Source: Klebsormidium nitens (Eukaryota; Plantae; Klebsormidiophyceae). Taken from it: a stretch of 64,000 nucleotides of DNA. Shown one piece after another: positions 25,809-39,100 of the stretch. Each line of letters opens with the position of its first letter. Within the stretch, counting starts at the first letter, position 1. The notes under the pieces were generated by a model. It was not told the DNA's origin. It did no database searches and was given only the letters and a program-made list of their open reading frames with translations. Both the position numbers and the translations under genes were made by a program. The stretch spans positions 15,635 to 79,634 of the forward strand of contig DF237371.1 in the NCBI GenBank assembly GCA_000708835.1. Reading direction: 5' to 3'.

Positions 25809-28800
25809 TCAAGGATCGAACACCCGGACGACGCCGTGAATCATTTGCCGGCACAGCGGGCAGGCTCTGCGCGGTCCTGCCGCCACCGCCGTTGCGCACG
25901 TCATGCAAGCTGCGCGGTGGCCGCAGTAGAGGAAGACCGCGCGGCGCGCTCTCTGGTAGCAGATGACGCACGCCTCGGAGGGGCTGACGGCGTCGTCCTC
26001 TCTCTCGGTAGCGGCGGGGGCGGCCGCGCGGTCGGCGACGGAGTACGTCCGGAGGAGGTTGCGGCGAGCCAGGTCCTGAGAGGGGAAGCGAACAAAATGA
26101 ATGGAGATGCGAAGAAGACGTTCCGTGCACATGCTGACGCGACAACTCTCTTTACCATAAAGGCACTCAACAAGGAACCTGTGGTTGTATCAAAAAGAGA
26201 GCGAGGAAAGAGCACGCCCAAGATGAAAGGCTGATGTAGATTGAACAGGACTTTAGAAAACAGGAGATCGGGACACTTTCCGAACGATTGTCAAAGAACC
26301 TTCGGCGAAAGAAAGATGCGTTGCATTCGCACGGTATGCAACCGTGGGCTTTGAATCTCAAGAAGCTCTATCCTGTTTCAACCACTCACAGATGCTTGCC
26401 TTCCGTCACTCTTCGTCTCTGCGCAGATCTAGAAAGAATGACGAACGGCACGAAGACCTTACCAAACGATACAGCAAAGGAAAGCATCAGCTACCTGATC
26501 GCATCTCCCGAAACAGGAGTCTGTAGCAAACAGTCAGAACAACGCAATGACGGGCCGAGGAGGGAGGCTTGTAAGAAAGATAACTCACGGAAACTTACGG
26601 TGAGTTCTGCACCCACAGTTTAAGGCACTCTTATCCTTCAAAATACGATTGCCATTGAAGACACCTATGTGCCGAGATGGCCAGCTCTTTCACTAGCCCG
26701 CTGGCGACCTCAACACTAGAAAGGGCTAATGAGACAGGATTCCTCGAGCAGAGGGGAACGATCCTCACGTCCACAACCCGGTTGAGCGCCACGATGAGCG
26801 CCTCGAAGGCCCAGTCGCCCAGCATCTCGATCGCCTCCGCGGCCCGCTCGCGCGCCTCCTCGTTGCGCAGGCCCTGCAGCTCGTCAATCAGCTCCACCGA
26901 CACGTGGCCCGCCCACGTGTCCAGCTCGTCGACCGTGTCGCGCGACAGCGCGAGCGCCTTCTCCGCCAGGCGCGCGAGGTCGAGCGCCGCGCCCTGGTAC
27001 ACGTTCGGCAGGGCGAAGCCGCGGGGGGCGGTGCCGCTGGGGAGGACGAAGCGGATGAGGCGGCCCGCCTTGCGCACCAGAGCGACGGTCTCCTCCGCGG
27101 CCGCCTTGCCCGCGGCGACGGCGAGCTGTTCCGGGGGGGGCGGCGGGGCGCGGGCCTGCATAAGTTTGTAATGGGGGGTTTGGGAGAGGTTTTAACATTT
27201 GGAAGTGCAACTTATTGCAGGAGACGTAGGTTTTGGGTATCGGAACCAAGTCTTTTAGTGTCTCGAGACTCATTACGGAGGGCTGGAGAAGCGTAGCTTT
27301 TGCTGTGCTCTGAGAAGCTGCGGGCTCTTCTGCTAACATCCTGTAACCATTTCAGGCAGTCTCGTTTGAGGACTGAGGTTGGGGTTCTGAACGACCAAAC
27401 GGTTCACATATTTCCAGTAGCAACCATCTTGGACAGGTGTGTTGAAAAGAGCACTCACAAGAGATTGCCATCATGCTCCAAAGTTCGATCCACAATAATC
27501 AAGCACTGGAAATACCCCCAAGACCAAACCAATGCTCATAACGCTACCCAGTACCGCTTTGCCACTAAGAATCCAGGCTTCAGAAGACCTCGCCCTGTGC
27601 TTTCTCTAGACTGATATCCGGATACGAACCTGCCTTACCGGAATCCTACTCACTTGCTGGGGTTCTCGGGCGTCCTCCGCACCGAAGAGGATGCCGAAGA
27701 TCCTTGCAGAGGACGTGAGCAGATCTCTTATCATCCTGAAGATGCTGACCGTCCATTCTGCCGCAGCCTCGCCTTCCAATCTTGCTCTCTCGGCCAACGG
27801 ATCCCGTGTTCCCCGCTGCAAGTATGTGTGATAGAGTTAGGGCACATCTAGCTTCGATAAAAGCATCGTTCGAACTTCGATAAAAGCATCGTTCGAACGA
27901 AGATACAGTCAGCGTGTGACATTTCAATAAGGCTTTAAAGGAGGCAAGACCCTTTCAAAAGTCCACATGCATTTCTTGAAACATAGCTTTCTAATCATTG
28001 AGACAATTTAACGTTCTCCAAGGCAGGATCCGCGCAAGGCCAGCCTGCTTTAACCCCAGCCCCAGACTGTTGGGAAAATTCCTCTGGTCGTGAGAGGTCA
28101 GCAAGAAAAGGAGAAGTCAGCTCGAACATCTTGGATAATCATTGCGCTCTTTCCCTAAAAGTTGGCCTCATGTGAACGGCATGGTGACAAAGATACTGCT
28201 TTATGCTCTCACTTTCGTGCGGCTGATGATCATTCATTTTCTCAGGATTGTGTAAGACCTACCAGAAGATCTCTACTGTCAATAGCTCAGGGCTTCATTC
28301 CTCGTCACAAACCCATCCAGCTGGCTTGAGAACCCTGGCACCTAGCTTTGAGAGTACGCTCCATTCCTAAGGTGCAGGTGGAATGCCTTTCAGAATCTTG
28401 GAATCTAAGTTGACTTGATTCTAAGAGAGGAATCTTTGTTGGAAATGGTGATTCTTACACACTTGAAAATCCAGGACATTGACCGGACAGCTTTAAGTAA
28501 GCCTGTCCCACTGCTGCATAACTCTGAATGACAAAGTTCAGGATCTGCTTGAACAGCGCATCTAGGAGATAAGCAGCGCTTTGGAACGAAATTGCGAGAG
28601 CTAGATGGAAGTGCTGACCAGGTTAAAACAGACCAAGCTGCACTCTTAAAAGCTTCAGTTCATTCCTCATGGTTTTGAAAGCAGTGCATGATGCCAATTG
28701 AAAGGCCATCTTAGATTGCAATGATTGTTAGAAGGGATCATTGCTGTCCTTCCCTACCACTACTCGCAATCTGAACATGGACCTTCTTCTTACCTGGTAG

Positions 28801-29046
28801 ATTCGCTCATGGTGAGCCATGCCGTCCTTTGCAGCCTCTGCAAGCAGATCCAATCACTTGTACTGCACCGGAGACCTCAGAAGCATCAGAGGCTTGATGA
28901 TGGACCTTGGAGCTGGATCACGCCTGGACAATTGCGGATCTTCTGAGCCTTCCAGCTTTAAAAACCCTGGCACACACTGTCATAAAACCCTCCCTGACTC
29001 CAGGCTGCTTCCTTTTGAACAAACCTCCTTCTGCGTGAAGATCCAT
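25809..29046 (-). CDS. C-terminal C3HC4 RING-finger protein (putative E3 ligase) with unrecognised helical N-terminus; exons 29046-29025?, 28837-28794?, 27815-27654, 27155-26769, 26075-25809
   Basis: CVICYQRARRAVFLYCGHRAACMTCA...CPLCRQMIHGVVRVFDP*. GC-rich coding exons join in phase 0. The two most 5' exons and the start codon are tentative. Confidence 0.75.
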
Positions 29047-30311
29047 CCGCCAAGCGCGAAGGTTCCAACACTGAAAGTTAGCCGCATGTCTTCACAACGC
29101 TTAAGCTTATCCTGCATGGTCATCATTGTCGTCAAAGCATCGGGGCAGAAGCGCGGAACTGAACAGATGGTCCGTGTTGCTCGTGCATGGTCCATTCATT
29201 TAAGACGCTGAGCCTTTCCTGGTGGCAGTCATGCTCCCATCGTCATGCAGTCCCAGAGAAGAAGGGCCCCTGAAGCCACCTGAAGCTGACACAGACGATA
29301 AGAGTCTCTTAGACTGAGTGAGTCAGCAGTGTTGAACCAGATTTAACTTCGAACGTCAACGTGAAGTACTGTTTTCTGGAGCCTGCAGTGGGCCCGCCGC
29401 GCGCCGCGCCACGACCGTGCCGACTCGGACAGGCGGCGCGAGGGGTTTGAAGGTTTTCGAAACCCGCTTTGTACCGGATTTCACAACATGTACAGCCAAT
29501 GCCTGCGAGCCAATGCGTCTTGAAGCTCAAGAGGGAGCTTAAGCACGTGTGGAAGTAAGCCACCTTGGCTGCAGACTTCTTAGTTGAAAAACTCATCGAC
29601 CCGATCCGGATCCAGATTTGGCAAAATTTTGACAACCAAGCTCGATCGCAAGAAAACCCTGCACAAGTCATGCAGACCTGATCAGGACCAGCATACATGA
29701 TATCATCGATATCGAGCTATCTACCTATGCATGGACCGTCCGACCGGACCATTACAGTCAACGTGCAGGCGCGTGATCGCATCAAGCCTTGCACTGACGC
29801 ACGTAGTTATGCGTGTTGCCTCACATCAAGTTCGGACTCATATCCAGAATGAAGTAAAGTTGGATGTACAAACTTCGGCAATCAACCGCATTGGTGAACG
29901 ATGGTCCTAGAAATTCAACTGTAAACCTCATTTGGCTGCATAACTGCACGCTCGCACATCCGACGTGCAGTCACGAGCATATTTCGATGAAAGAGACAGC
30001 TCAACCGAGTGTCGCCGGGCACTAGCTTAACCTGGTACGCACTATGTTAGACGCTTCCCTAACGACTAGTTCCTCTATACCCTTCTGTCAGAATCTGCCT
30101 GTAAAGTACACATATTGATCCATTGTACTTGCTTCAAAGAGTCCAAGACGACTCGTTCAACATGATACACCGCTATCAAATAAGATTCAGCAACGATTTG
30201 ACAATCAGCACGTCCGAGCAAAGCTCCCTTACAGGGATGAGTCAAGCTCCTGGGTAAGCGCATCTTACGAGCTGCCCTTGCAAAGCATAAGCTTCCGAGA
30301 ACCTTCTCCAA

Positions 30312-33300
30312 TCAGGGGTCATAAACGCGCACAACCCCCACGATAGCTTGTCGACACAGAGGGCAGATCCCCCGACCATCGGCCACACGCTGTGCGCAAG
30401 GGAAGCAAGCTGCTCGGTGCCCACAGTTGAGGAAGACGGCTCTCCGCGTCCTCGTCAAGCAGACCACGCAAGCCTCTCCTGGCGGTGCCACGTCATCTTC
30501 GTCGTCATTGACGGGCTCTGGTGGGCTTGCCGCCTGCTGCGCGACAGAAGACCCGGGGGGCCGCGGGTTTCGGTACAAGTTCCGACGTCGCTTCCACTCC
30601 TGGAGAAATTACAAGGGGCAGTGTGAGCAGGAGCGGCCAAGAGGCCGCCGGTGTCAGTCGCGCCGTGCTCTGTGGGGCAGAGCGACCAGACCACGTGCAG
30701 GCCCCGAAAAGAAACGCTTCGAAACACAGTTGTCCGTATGGTGCTGAAAGGAGCGGATCCAGCAGCCTTCCGGGTACAATAACGCTGTACAAGAACGTCA
30801 GATCAATCTGCCGGTGGATACACAGCAAAGAGTAGCAACTGAAGCAGGGGCCTATCCTTACCCTGTACACCCGGAAGCATAACCGCCCCGTCGCATATGC
30901 AAAGATGCCGCCTGCTAGAAGACCCGTCAGTATCCCAGTCCAGCGGTGGAACAGGCGTTCGATTTTCAGAGCTGCGACGACCTCGTCCTTGGTCATCCGT
31001 GTCCTGTATTAGAGAAAAGCGCGTCACTTGTGGGAACGTGTGTGAGTTGCACCACAGCAGCAGCTCGAGTAAGCACAGCAGAGGGCGATGTATTTGTGTG
31101 TTCGAGCAATCTGAAAATAGCGAAACTGTGTTATAAATCTCATCCAACAGCACCTTGCTTAAGCGAGGCTAACATTCAGAAAGTCTGTTGTTACAATTGG
31201 ATGAAGACGCCTGGCGAATAGCTCTCTAGATGTGACATTCCACGATTGCACTGCATTCGAGATAAGAGAGCTCACAGGAAGAGAGGCATGCTGCCAGCTG
31301 GCCGAATGCTCAATCCATCTCCCGACTTGTACAGATGCCCAAGGGCCGTCAACTCTGTCCCCACTTTCAGGACTCGTTCTTCTGTGACAACCCCGACCTG
31401 CAGGCGAAGAAGAGAATATCAGTGAATTGTCCACGTCATCGGAGAGACTATCGAACAGCGCGTGGTCGTACATGGATTGAGCAGCATAAACAGATTGAAA
31501 TGAGGAGCGCATCACCCTCGAAACCAGCGGTTAGGGATGGGCTGGTTTGGCACCTTCACCAAGAAGCAATCACTTATTTCGAGGAGCCTTGCCCCGCTGA
31601 CTTCTGGTGACGTTTGTGAATCACTCTTCTACCGCAACAGCCTTCTGATGTTAGCGGTCTACTGCTAATAGCAGCAAACTACGGGCAATTGTTGGTAGGC
31701 GTGTGACAGCTTTCGAGAGGTATACGGGGAGCGTTTACTGAGAGGTTAATTTCTAAGGGAAACGAAGGGCCCACTGACCGGACAGCTCTGGCCAAACACG
31801 AGGAAGATGAAGGCTTGCGTTCCTGACGCCGCCCCTGGCTGGAAGTGTCGGTAGACGCACTCGAGGGGCAACCCATCCTTGGGCGACCCAAGCCAGTCCA
31901 CGTGAAGACGAGTATCTCGCGCCCGGGAGTCTCTCAAGACAAATGGAATCTGGAGGGCAAGCATAAACTCGCTTCAGTGCGCAATTTAAAAGCAGCAGGC
32001 GTGCTGCTTGTCATCTTAGCGTAAATGCAAAATCTCCTTGCGTTGAGAACTGGCAGCCAATCAGAACAGTCAATCTGGCTAGAATGTGCGAATGGCTCTA
32101 TTTTGAGGCCCAGAATTTAACCAAAATGGCATAAACTGTCAATCCGCGCGCACAGAGCAAGATTACCCCTGCAGCTCACCTGTTTGAGAAGGTCACTCAT
32201 TGGGGCTTCTCTAACTCGGAAGCTTCCATCCAATTCAATGTGTCCATACTGCAGGCAGCAAAGACGAACTTACAGTGAGGTTTTGGATTGAAGGCAGATT
32301 GTAATAATTTCTCCACGACGTTAAGGGCTTCTAGAATGATACATAATAGCATAGAATGCTCAGTGTTGGGCTAATTCTTCTTGTATCAGACTCAGGAAGA
32401 CAGATGGACATGAGAGTAGTCCATGGAAACTCCACTTAACCAAGGCAGAAGACAGTCCAAAAGCGTGCAATTTTGTTGACGGACTGCGCTCCTTACATTC
32501 TCTGCCCCCAGCTTTTGACAAATTATAAACTCTCGTCATAGGGACAAAAGAGCTCCAGCAATGTTAAATCCTGATTAGTAGATGCACAGGAGCATTGAGA
32601 TGTGTCCTTTGTCCTCGTTTCAAAAGCAGCTCAGCAGTCCATTGCTTGGAGCAATAACATCAAGGAGAATGAGGACAAGGTTTCAAAGAACCTATCAACC
32701 AGTCAGCGTTATGTTATCTTCTCCTTACCGTCTGTGTCTTCCTTGTAATAACACATCTGGCCGCTTCTTCTGGTGCGAACTCGCTTCTCAAGGGCACTTC
32801 ATCTTGGCCTCCGTAAAACTTCCACCCAGCCCTCGGCTGCACTTCACCCCGGACAATTGCAAACGTTGGGCCAGTTGACAAGTCTGATGGTCCAAGGTGG
32901 CCCGAGCTGTCTGACCTGGATAAGACAGGTCCAAAGGTTACTCAAGCCCTCAAGTTCTTATTGAAGGCATTGCCAGGATATGAACTGACTGTTAAGGAGC
33001 AAGTTGGTTGTGGCAGCAGACGCTGAATTAAACTGGCCAACAACATTCATTGCTTCCTTTTGATACATAATCCACGGGCGTAAAGCAGTGCACAACCAGC
33101 CAGTTCTTCAGGAAAGTCAATTTCAAGCTTAGGGGCAAATGAATACCTGGCAGGAGCACCCTCCGAACTGCTTCCGGACTGGTTGCCTTTGCCTGGCCCT
33201 TCCAGCAGACTTTTGACATCAGACAGCGGCGTCACAGGTGTGGACTCGACCTTTTTCAACGCTGCGGCAGAGTGTCTCGAGCGGCTCCAGCTGGTGTATG

Positions 33301-33397
33301 CAACAACAGCAAATCCCAGGCCAAGGAAAACTCCATTGCCTGCTGCAAGGGCGCTTATTGCAGCTGCAACTGCCTCCAAATCATGACGGCGAGACAT
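30312..33397 (-). CDS. SPL2: SP1-like/MUL1-family RING E3 ubiquitin ligase with GIDE domain, closest in appearance to SPL2 (~409 aa); exons 33397-33147, 32915-32729, 32248-32180, 31949-31779, 31397-31276, 31003-30862, 30599-30312
   Basis: TM1 (GVFLGLGFAVVAY) followed by AALKKVESTPVTPLSDVKSLL, FAIVRGEVQP, LPLECVYRHFQP, VGVVTEERVLKVGTELTALG, MTKDEVV and TM2, then C-terminal RING CVVC...CGH..C..C...CPLC. Phases are consistent. Confidence 0.88.
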
Positions 33398-34096
33398 GCT
33401 CGGCGACCAGCAGATCTTATCCCAAGCCCTCTATGCACCTGTGCTATGCTGCTCGCCCCCTGAGATAGTCCTAGACAGATTTGCGTCCTCGACCTTCAAC
33501 TTCAAGCTTGCAATGGCCTGGTCTCTGCTCGAATCTCTGCTGCGCCTGAAGTCTAGGCAGCTCTCTGCAGACACTTGAAAACGTACGGCTGATGTGCAGG
33601 TCTTAAACCCATAAGTTTTGGATCCAGGGGGATATTGCCCCCCCGGCCAGTTCCCCGGATCCCTGGAGCTGAAGCCTTTAATTTGAGGTGACTAGCTCAG
33701 CCTGCATTCGACTTGCTGCGTGGCTACCGGGTTGTCCTTACCGACCACGCTTTCTGTTCGGATATTGAAAACTACTTGGTTAAAAATCCGCAAACGGCCC
33801 AAGGGATCCCTGCTGTTCCAGGCTCCAGCTTCCGCCCTTGTCTTGGCAGAGTAGCGAGCTTGCAAACGCACCTTCAGGAGCGCGCTTTAGTAGGACTTTA
33901 CTTTCTGACTCGTGGAAGAGAAGATTTGGAGCTTACCGTAGATGATGTGGAGATAATCAAAAAGAGCAAGTCCGCCATCCTAGAGGGTTGGTTGGGATGA
34001 ACGGTTGTCATCAGGGCTGTTGCACTTCGGGGGGCCACAACGGGGTTGCTAGCACACTCATGAGCAACTGAGTACCTACCTCTTTCGCTGGGTGGC

Positions 34097-35299
34097 ATGG
34101 TGGCACAGTGCATTGTGTGTGGGAAGGAGGGAGCCGGTTACAAGTGTCCTGTCTGTCGACGTCCGTAGTGAGCAGTACCTCCTTCTCATGACAATACCGG
34201 CAAGATGCATCCATCTCTTTCCAAGGTCTATCCTACACAAGGAAACACTCTGTGCTGGAATGCCAATACTTGCACAATATGCAAACAGCCTCTTCCGTGA
34301 CAAGCCAGGTTTTGAGAATCGGCACAACATCTGCCACTCCCTCTCTGCTTGTGCAGCTGTTCGGTGGTGTGCTACAAGGTGCACAAGGAGGTGCCGTGCA
34401 GTAAGCCGGATGACGTCGCCAGGGAGGAAGCGGCCCTGAGGCAGCCCCCCCGGCAGTTTGAGAATGATACCGATGAGTCCGGAACGCGGCTGAACAAGGA
34501 CCAGTTGGAAGCGTTAGGTCAGAAAAGCCCTCCTTATTGGCAATCACATGCCTTATACTTGCTCAATCTTTGCCTGCTTGCAATCACTCCCCTGACAGCT
34601 TTCTTGCCTGATTCCTGCAAACGGAATACTGATTGGACTTCAATGAGTGACCTGGCATGGGTGTTAAAGTCTGCAATCAGCTGCCTGTTCTGGCTTCATT
34701 TGCAGCCACTTCCGATGAGATCCGGCGGATGCTGAGAGACGAGGCCCTCCAGAAACTCATTTTGAAGATAGACAGCGCCGAGGAGGCAGAGAAGGTGAGT
34801 GGTTTAATGCGCATGGATATGAGATCAGAAGCACGACTCCAGGCTTTCAACAAGTCGCGTTTTCAGTCGTGTCAGCATACCACTGTTCATCGTACGGTAA
34901 ACATGTACTTGTGTCTCAGGGTTCGACTTTGGTGGATGCGGCAAGCCTGGGGCTCATTAGTGTTCCTGTCTTTGCAGGAGCTAGACCTGGCTATGCAGGA
35001 CCCCGCTGTCCAAGAATTCGCTCAAAAGGTGAGCGAAGAGAGGTACTTCAAATTGTTGTGCCTTGGCTTGTGTCTTGGCACTGGAGTTCACCTTCTCATT
35101 GCTGTAATTGCCATTGGTAGCATGGTGGTGGATGAACTTGATTGGTTATGCTCCCAAAAGCATAGATGAAGGAGTAAAACCATGTTCTAAGATGAGGTCA
35201 TGACGATTTCCATACTTACTGAGTGGTAAACGCCCATATCTGCTTGATACGCTGCAGGTTCTGGGCATACTAACACCAGAGGAGCCAGCTCCTCAATGA
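34097..35299 (+). CDS. ZNHIT3: HIT-type zinc finger protein, ZNHIT3/Hit1-like box C/D snoRNP assembly factor (~137 aa); exons 34097-34167, 34357-34517, 34706-34794, 34978-35028, 35258-35299
   Basis: CIVCGKEGAGYKCPVCRRPY|CSVVCYKVHKEVPC zf-HIT motif, plus the C-terminal IRRMLRDEALQKLILKID...AMQDPAVQEFAQK helical domain. Confidence 0.87.
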
Positions 35300-36126
35300 T
35301 ATTTGATAAGAAAGAAGCAACGCATGGGCCCTAGGGGAGCTCGCCGGGCCACTTGCTTGTCAGATGACTGTGGTCGAAGCCTATGACGGGTTTACCAGGT
35401 AGCAAAATTGTGCAGATTTGAGGTACTTCCCTGCACGTTCGACGGATCAAGGCAAAGTTCTTTGTTTTCTTAGGACTTGCTCAGGGCTTCAAAAGGCATA
35501 GAGCCTGTGGGCTTGCAGAAGAGCAACATCTCTTTTAATCCTATACGAGACGATTTTGCAGCTTCTGACGTTGACAGAGAATCGGAAGCGCAGCGAATAG
35601 CCACTGTTAATGGCCCAACCATAAGTTCGTGGAGCATATACCAGAGGGTTTTCTCGATGGTCCCTCAATAGTTCATTGCATGCGTGTCACAAGTCGCAGA
35701 TCCGAACGTACTGCTACTTCAGTCTATAACACATGGGCGCTGTGTGCATAAATGTGTGCATAAATCAGGCGTGTTGACTCATGTAGATATTCGAAACTAA
35801 CCGAACCGGACATGATTCTCTACAGCTACTCTGCACATGACGATTCTGATCATCCTGAAAGCATCCTGTATTTCAGTCCGTGTGATCGATCGAGCTTTAA
35901 GCGCCATGCTGCAGCACGAACGACGTATCACACCGAGGCTTTCACGCCTGCTATACGTACATAGCCTTTCTTGGCCAGACAAAGTTGGCTTCATTGTGGC
36001 AGCGGTCAAGCTATATTAGTCTGAAACGCTTAAGCTTCCCTAACTGGGATTCGTTGACAGTCTTTGACGTCGAAGTGGCAATCGAAAGCGGCATCTCCGA
36101 GCAGCTTCATGCTTGGTCAGAGTCTT

Positions 36127-39100
36127 CTACGTCCGTTGTCCCACAAATGCATTCTCACTAGAAGGCAAGTTCAAACGTATACTCCTCTGTCTCTCCCTGA
36201 GAACCAGCTGCCACGCCAATCCTAGCTCCATCTTCTCAACACGAGCCCCCGGGGCTTTCCGCCGGACCTCCCTTGCTCCCCTTGTATTCGCTCTCTGCTC
36301 ACCCGATGCAGCGTTCGATCGATCGACCGGGTCGCAGAGCTCCGGGGTAAAGATGACGTGTGCCGAAAATTGGGACCCCGACCACTGATCGGGGGACCTT
36401 TCCGTAGATCCTCTCCGGGGCCCTGGCGCAGCGCTCTGCGGCCGTCGGGAACGCTCTCCATCCGCCATCGTGGCGGTACGACGTACCGGGCCTGCCGTTG
36501 CCGGTCGTTTTGCTGTGCGCTCGTTAACGGCCTCGTGAGACAGTACGCTGTTACTTCGCTCGACCCACATCGCCCCTTTTGTCGCCGTTGCAAACGAGCG
36601 CGTTTTGGTGAGCATGGGCTCATCGTGTGAACAGGACTCCTCTATCACGGGGGGCTGCTCATCTGTCGAAAACTCCCCGTGTCTTCCTTCCAAGTAATCG
36701 ACCTGCAGCCAAAGCACCGGCCAGCGTATAAGCCCGAAAGCATCGCGTCTTGTAATCACAGTGTGCGGAGGGCCACGAAGTCCTCGGAAAAACTGAGCAT
36801 CCAATAGACAGCAGTCTTTTCGAATCGACGTCCGATTTACTTTTCAAATCTGCAGCTCACAAGGAAGAGCAGAACGAGGTACACCGGAAAAGAATGTAAA
36901 TGCTCAACATTCTCAGACATTTCGACTCGCCCCCACGATTACATCCAAACCACTGAATGCGCAGACGTAAGGCTGCTCCTTCGACAAGCAGCTCAGCTCC
37001 TGGATTCAATCACGAACCCACACCCCTACACAAATGCAACAAGCTCACCATGAAGCGAAACTCCTCCCTCAACGCTTGCAGTTTCTCTGAACCCAGTATC
37101 CTCTTCAAGTCCGCTTTCTGCAGGCTGAGTAGGTCCACCGTACTGGCGGCCTCCGCATACCTGCCGCCCGGCAAAGATTCATAAGCGATGGGCGACAAAG
37201 CCTCCGTGCGGCGTAAGGGAGACACTATTCAAGTTTATCTGAACAGTCTGATTCGGCCCGTTCTGAGCAGACAAACGCAGCACTGCGTCAGGGCTGCATA
37301 TGCATTGGCAGTCAAAATGACGACGCAGTGTCGTTCTCAACACTTTGCGTCGACGTTGGAATCTCAAAAAGTTGGGCTCTCAAAAACGCATGTGAGGAAT
37401 CTCCGCCAGTCAGGAAGAACACTTCGCTGTTCAGTTGCATCTCATGAAAGCCGACTCAGGATTCAGATGCAGAGGTCCAGTGGGGGAATTCGTCAGAACG
37501 TCTCACCAGTCACGGCGCAACTCGGGCGACAGCGACGCGACGCCCAGCACAGCCCCGGGCCCCAGGGTGGACAGCCACGTGGCCCGCCGCGCGGCCGCGC
37601 CGCGCGCTCCGCCCGCTCGAGCGTCCATCGGAGAAAGTCCGGCGTACAGGGACAGCTGTCCGCGCCGGACAATGCCGACGCCCTTCATTGCGTCCAAAAC
37701 GAAAGGGGCGCCCGCTGGAAAGGAAAGGGAAAGCGCAAAGGATGAATGCTGTGGTAAGGGTGATGTAATTGAGATTTTGCCGATGCTCGCGAAGGTGCCA
37801 GATTCTATTGATTGGGAGTTTGTTAGGATACGGAACGGAAACAGTATGGAAAGCAAATCTGCAATCTTGCAGGAGGCAATAGGTGGCCAGAATGCTCAGG
37901 TGAGTTGCGGTGATGGAGAAGAAAGATCACCGCGCCAGCAATACGATCTCAGCTACTGGAAGGAGGATGGGGCGACCTTCAAACGGGGCCCCAGCCAATA
38001 GCATTCACGAGAAATCTCGTTGGTTGTTACCTTTGTGGCGGCTCGGAACGGCTGCCGCCGCCAGTTCGGCTAGCTGGGCGGGCGAGCAGTCCCCGAGGCA
38101 GGGAACGGTTGACAAGAACTGCGCGACGCGGCCGCGCTCGCCCAGCGTCCGCGACTCAAACACTTTCAGGAAGGCGGGCTGGTGTGAGAGAACACGACGA
38201 AAGTTAGGTAACTGAAACGGCTACCGAGGTGATGAAGAAGTTCCTTCAGCGAGACGGTACGCTTCTAGAGGGCGGTCCCACGTTAACTGGTGCGCTTTGC
38301 CTTGCTACGACCCTAAACCAGACGCTGTTGTCGACTCTCCCAGCCGCTTCCAAGTCTCGGGCTCAGGCACCCCTGCCCTGCGCAACCCACAAACAAGAGA
38401 CAAAACTTTTACGCAACCACAGCCTCTAGAGGTGAGACTCTTCATTCTGCTTGAGCAGCCAAGCAGCGTTAAAAGTGTTGCGGCTTGCCTTGTCCAACTT
38501 CAGAAAGTAGCACGGGCTCTGGCACTGGATGGCGGTCGGACACGTGTACTTCCGCTTGCGAATGGCTTCCGCCCCAAAGGAATCTCCGGGCCTCAGCGCG
38601 CGGACGAGGTCCGTGCGCGAGCGGTCGGCAGCGGCGACCTGAAGAACCGAGCGCCATTTTCGTTCTTTTGAACTTGAGTCTCGACATCCTCTATATAAAC
38701 GTTCTACTTCGTCGCTCTCCGAAAGAAAGTGACTTCGTCGAAGCTCCGAAATTAAGCTCCCCATTGCTAGATTGACAGAAGATGGCAGGATGGACGTACA
38801 ATCGCCTTTCAAAGTGCCGTACGCGACATTTCCGTGACGAAGAGGCTGTAGAGGATTCGGCATCGATCATGATGAAGCTGGGAAGAAAAGGGGCGATTCA
38901 AGAGAGAAGCGCACCGTTTCCTCGACGAGGCCTTTCAGAAGGATATAGAAGGACCGCCCCCTGCCGCCCTGCCTCTGAAGCACCTGGAGGCACGGCTGCA
39001 CTTGCCTCGCGTAAGACTTTGCCGAGAAGTGACTCGCCCTTGGTGACAAGGATGGATATCAAAGCCGTCTATAGATATTCACTGTGATCGTTTTGCATTT

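Noticed and set aside
26076-26768. Possible micro-exons (26520-26495 and ~26178-26139) in the RING gene
   Set aside because: The direct phase-0 join VVD|DLARR works without them and the splice signals are weak.
33620-33667. Short imperfect inverted repeat (ggatccagggg...ccccggatcc) in the SPL2/ZNHIT3 promoter
   Set aside because: The ~10-bp imperfect arms in G/C runs are plausible by chance.
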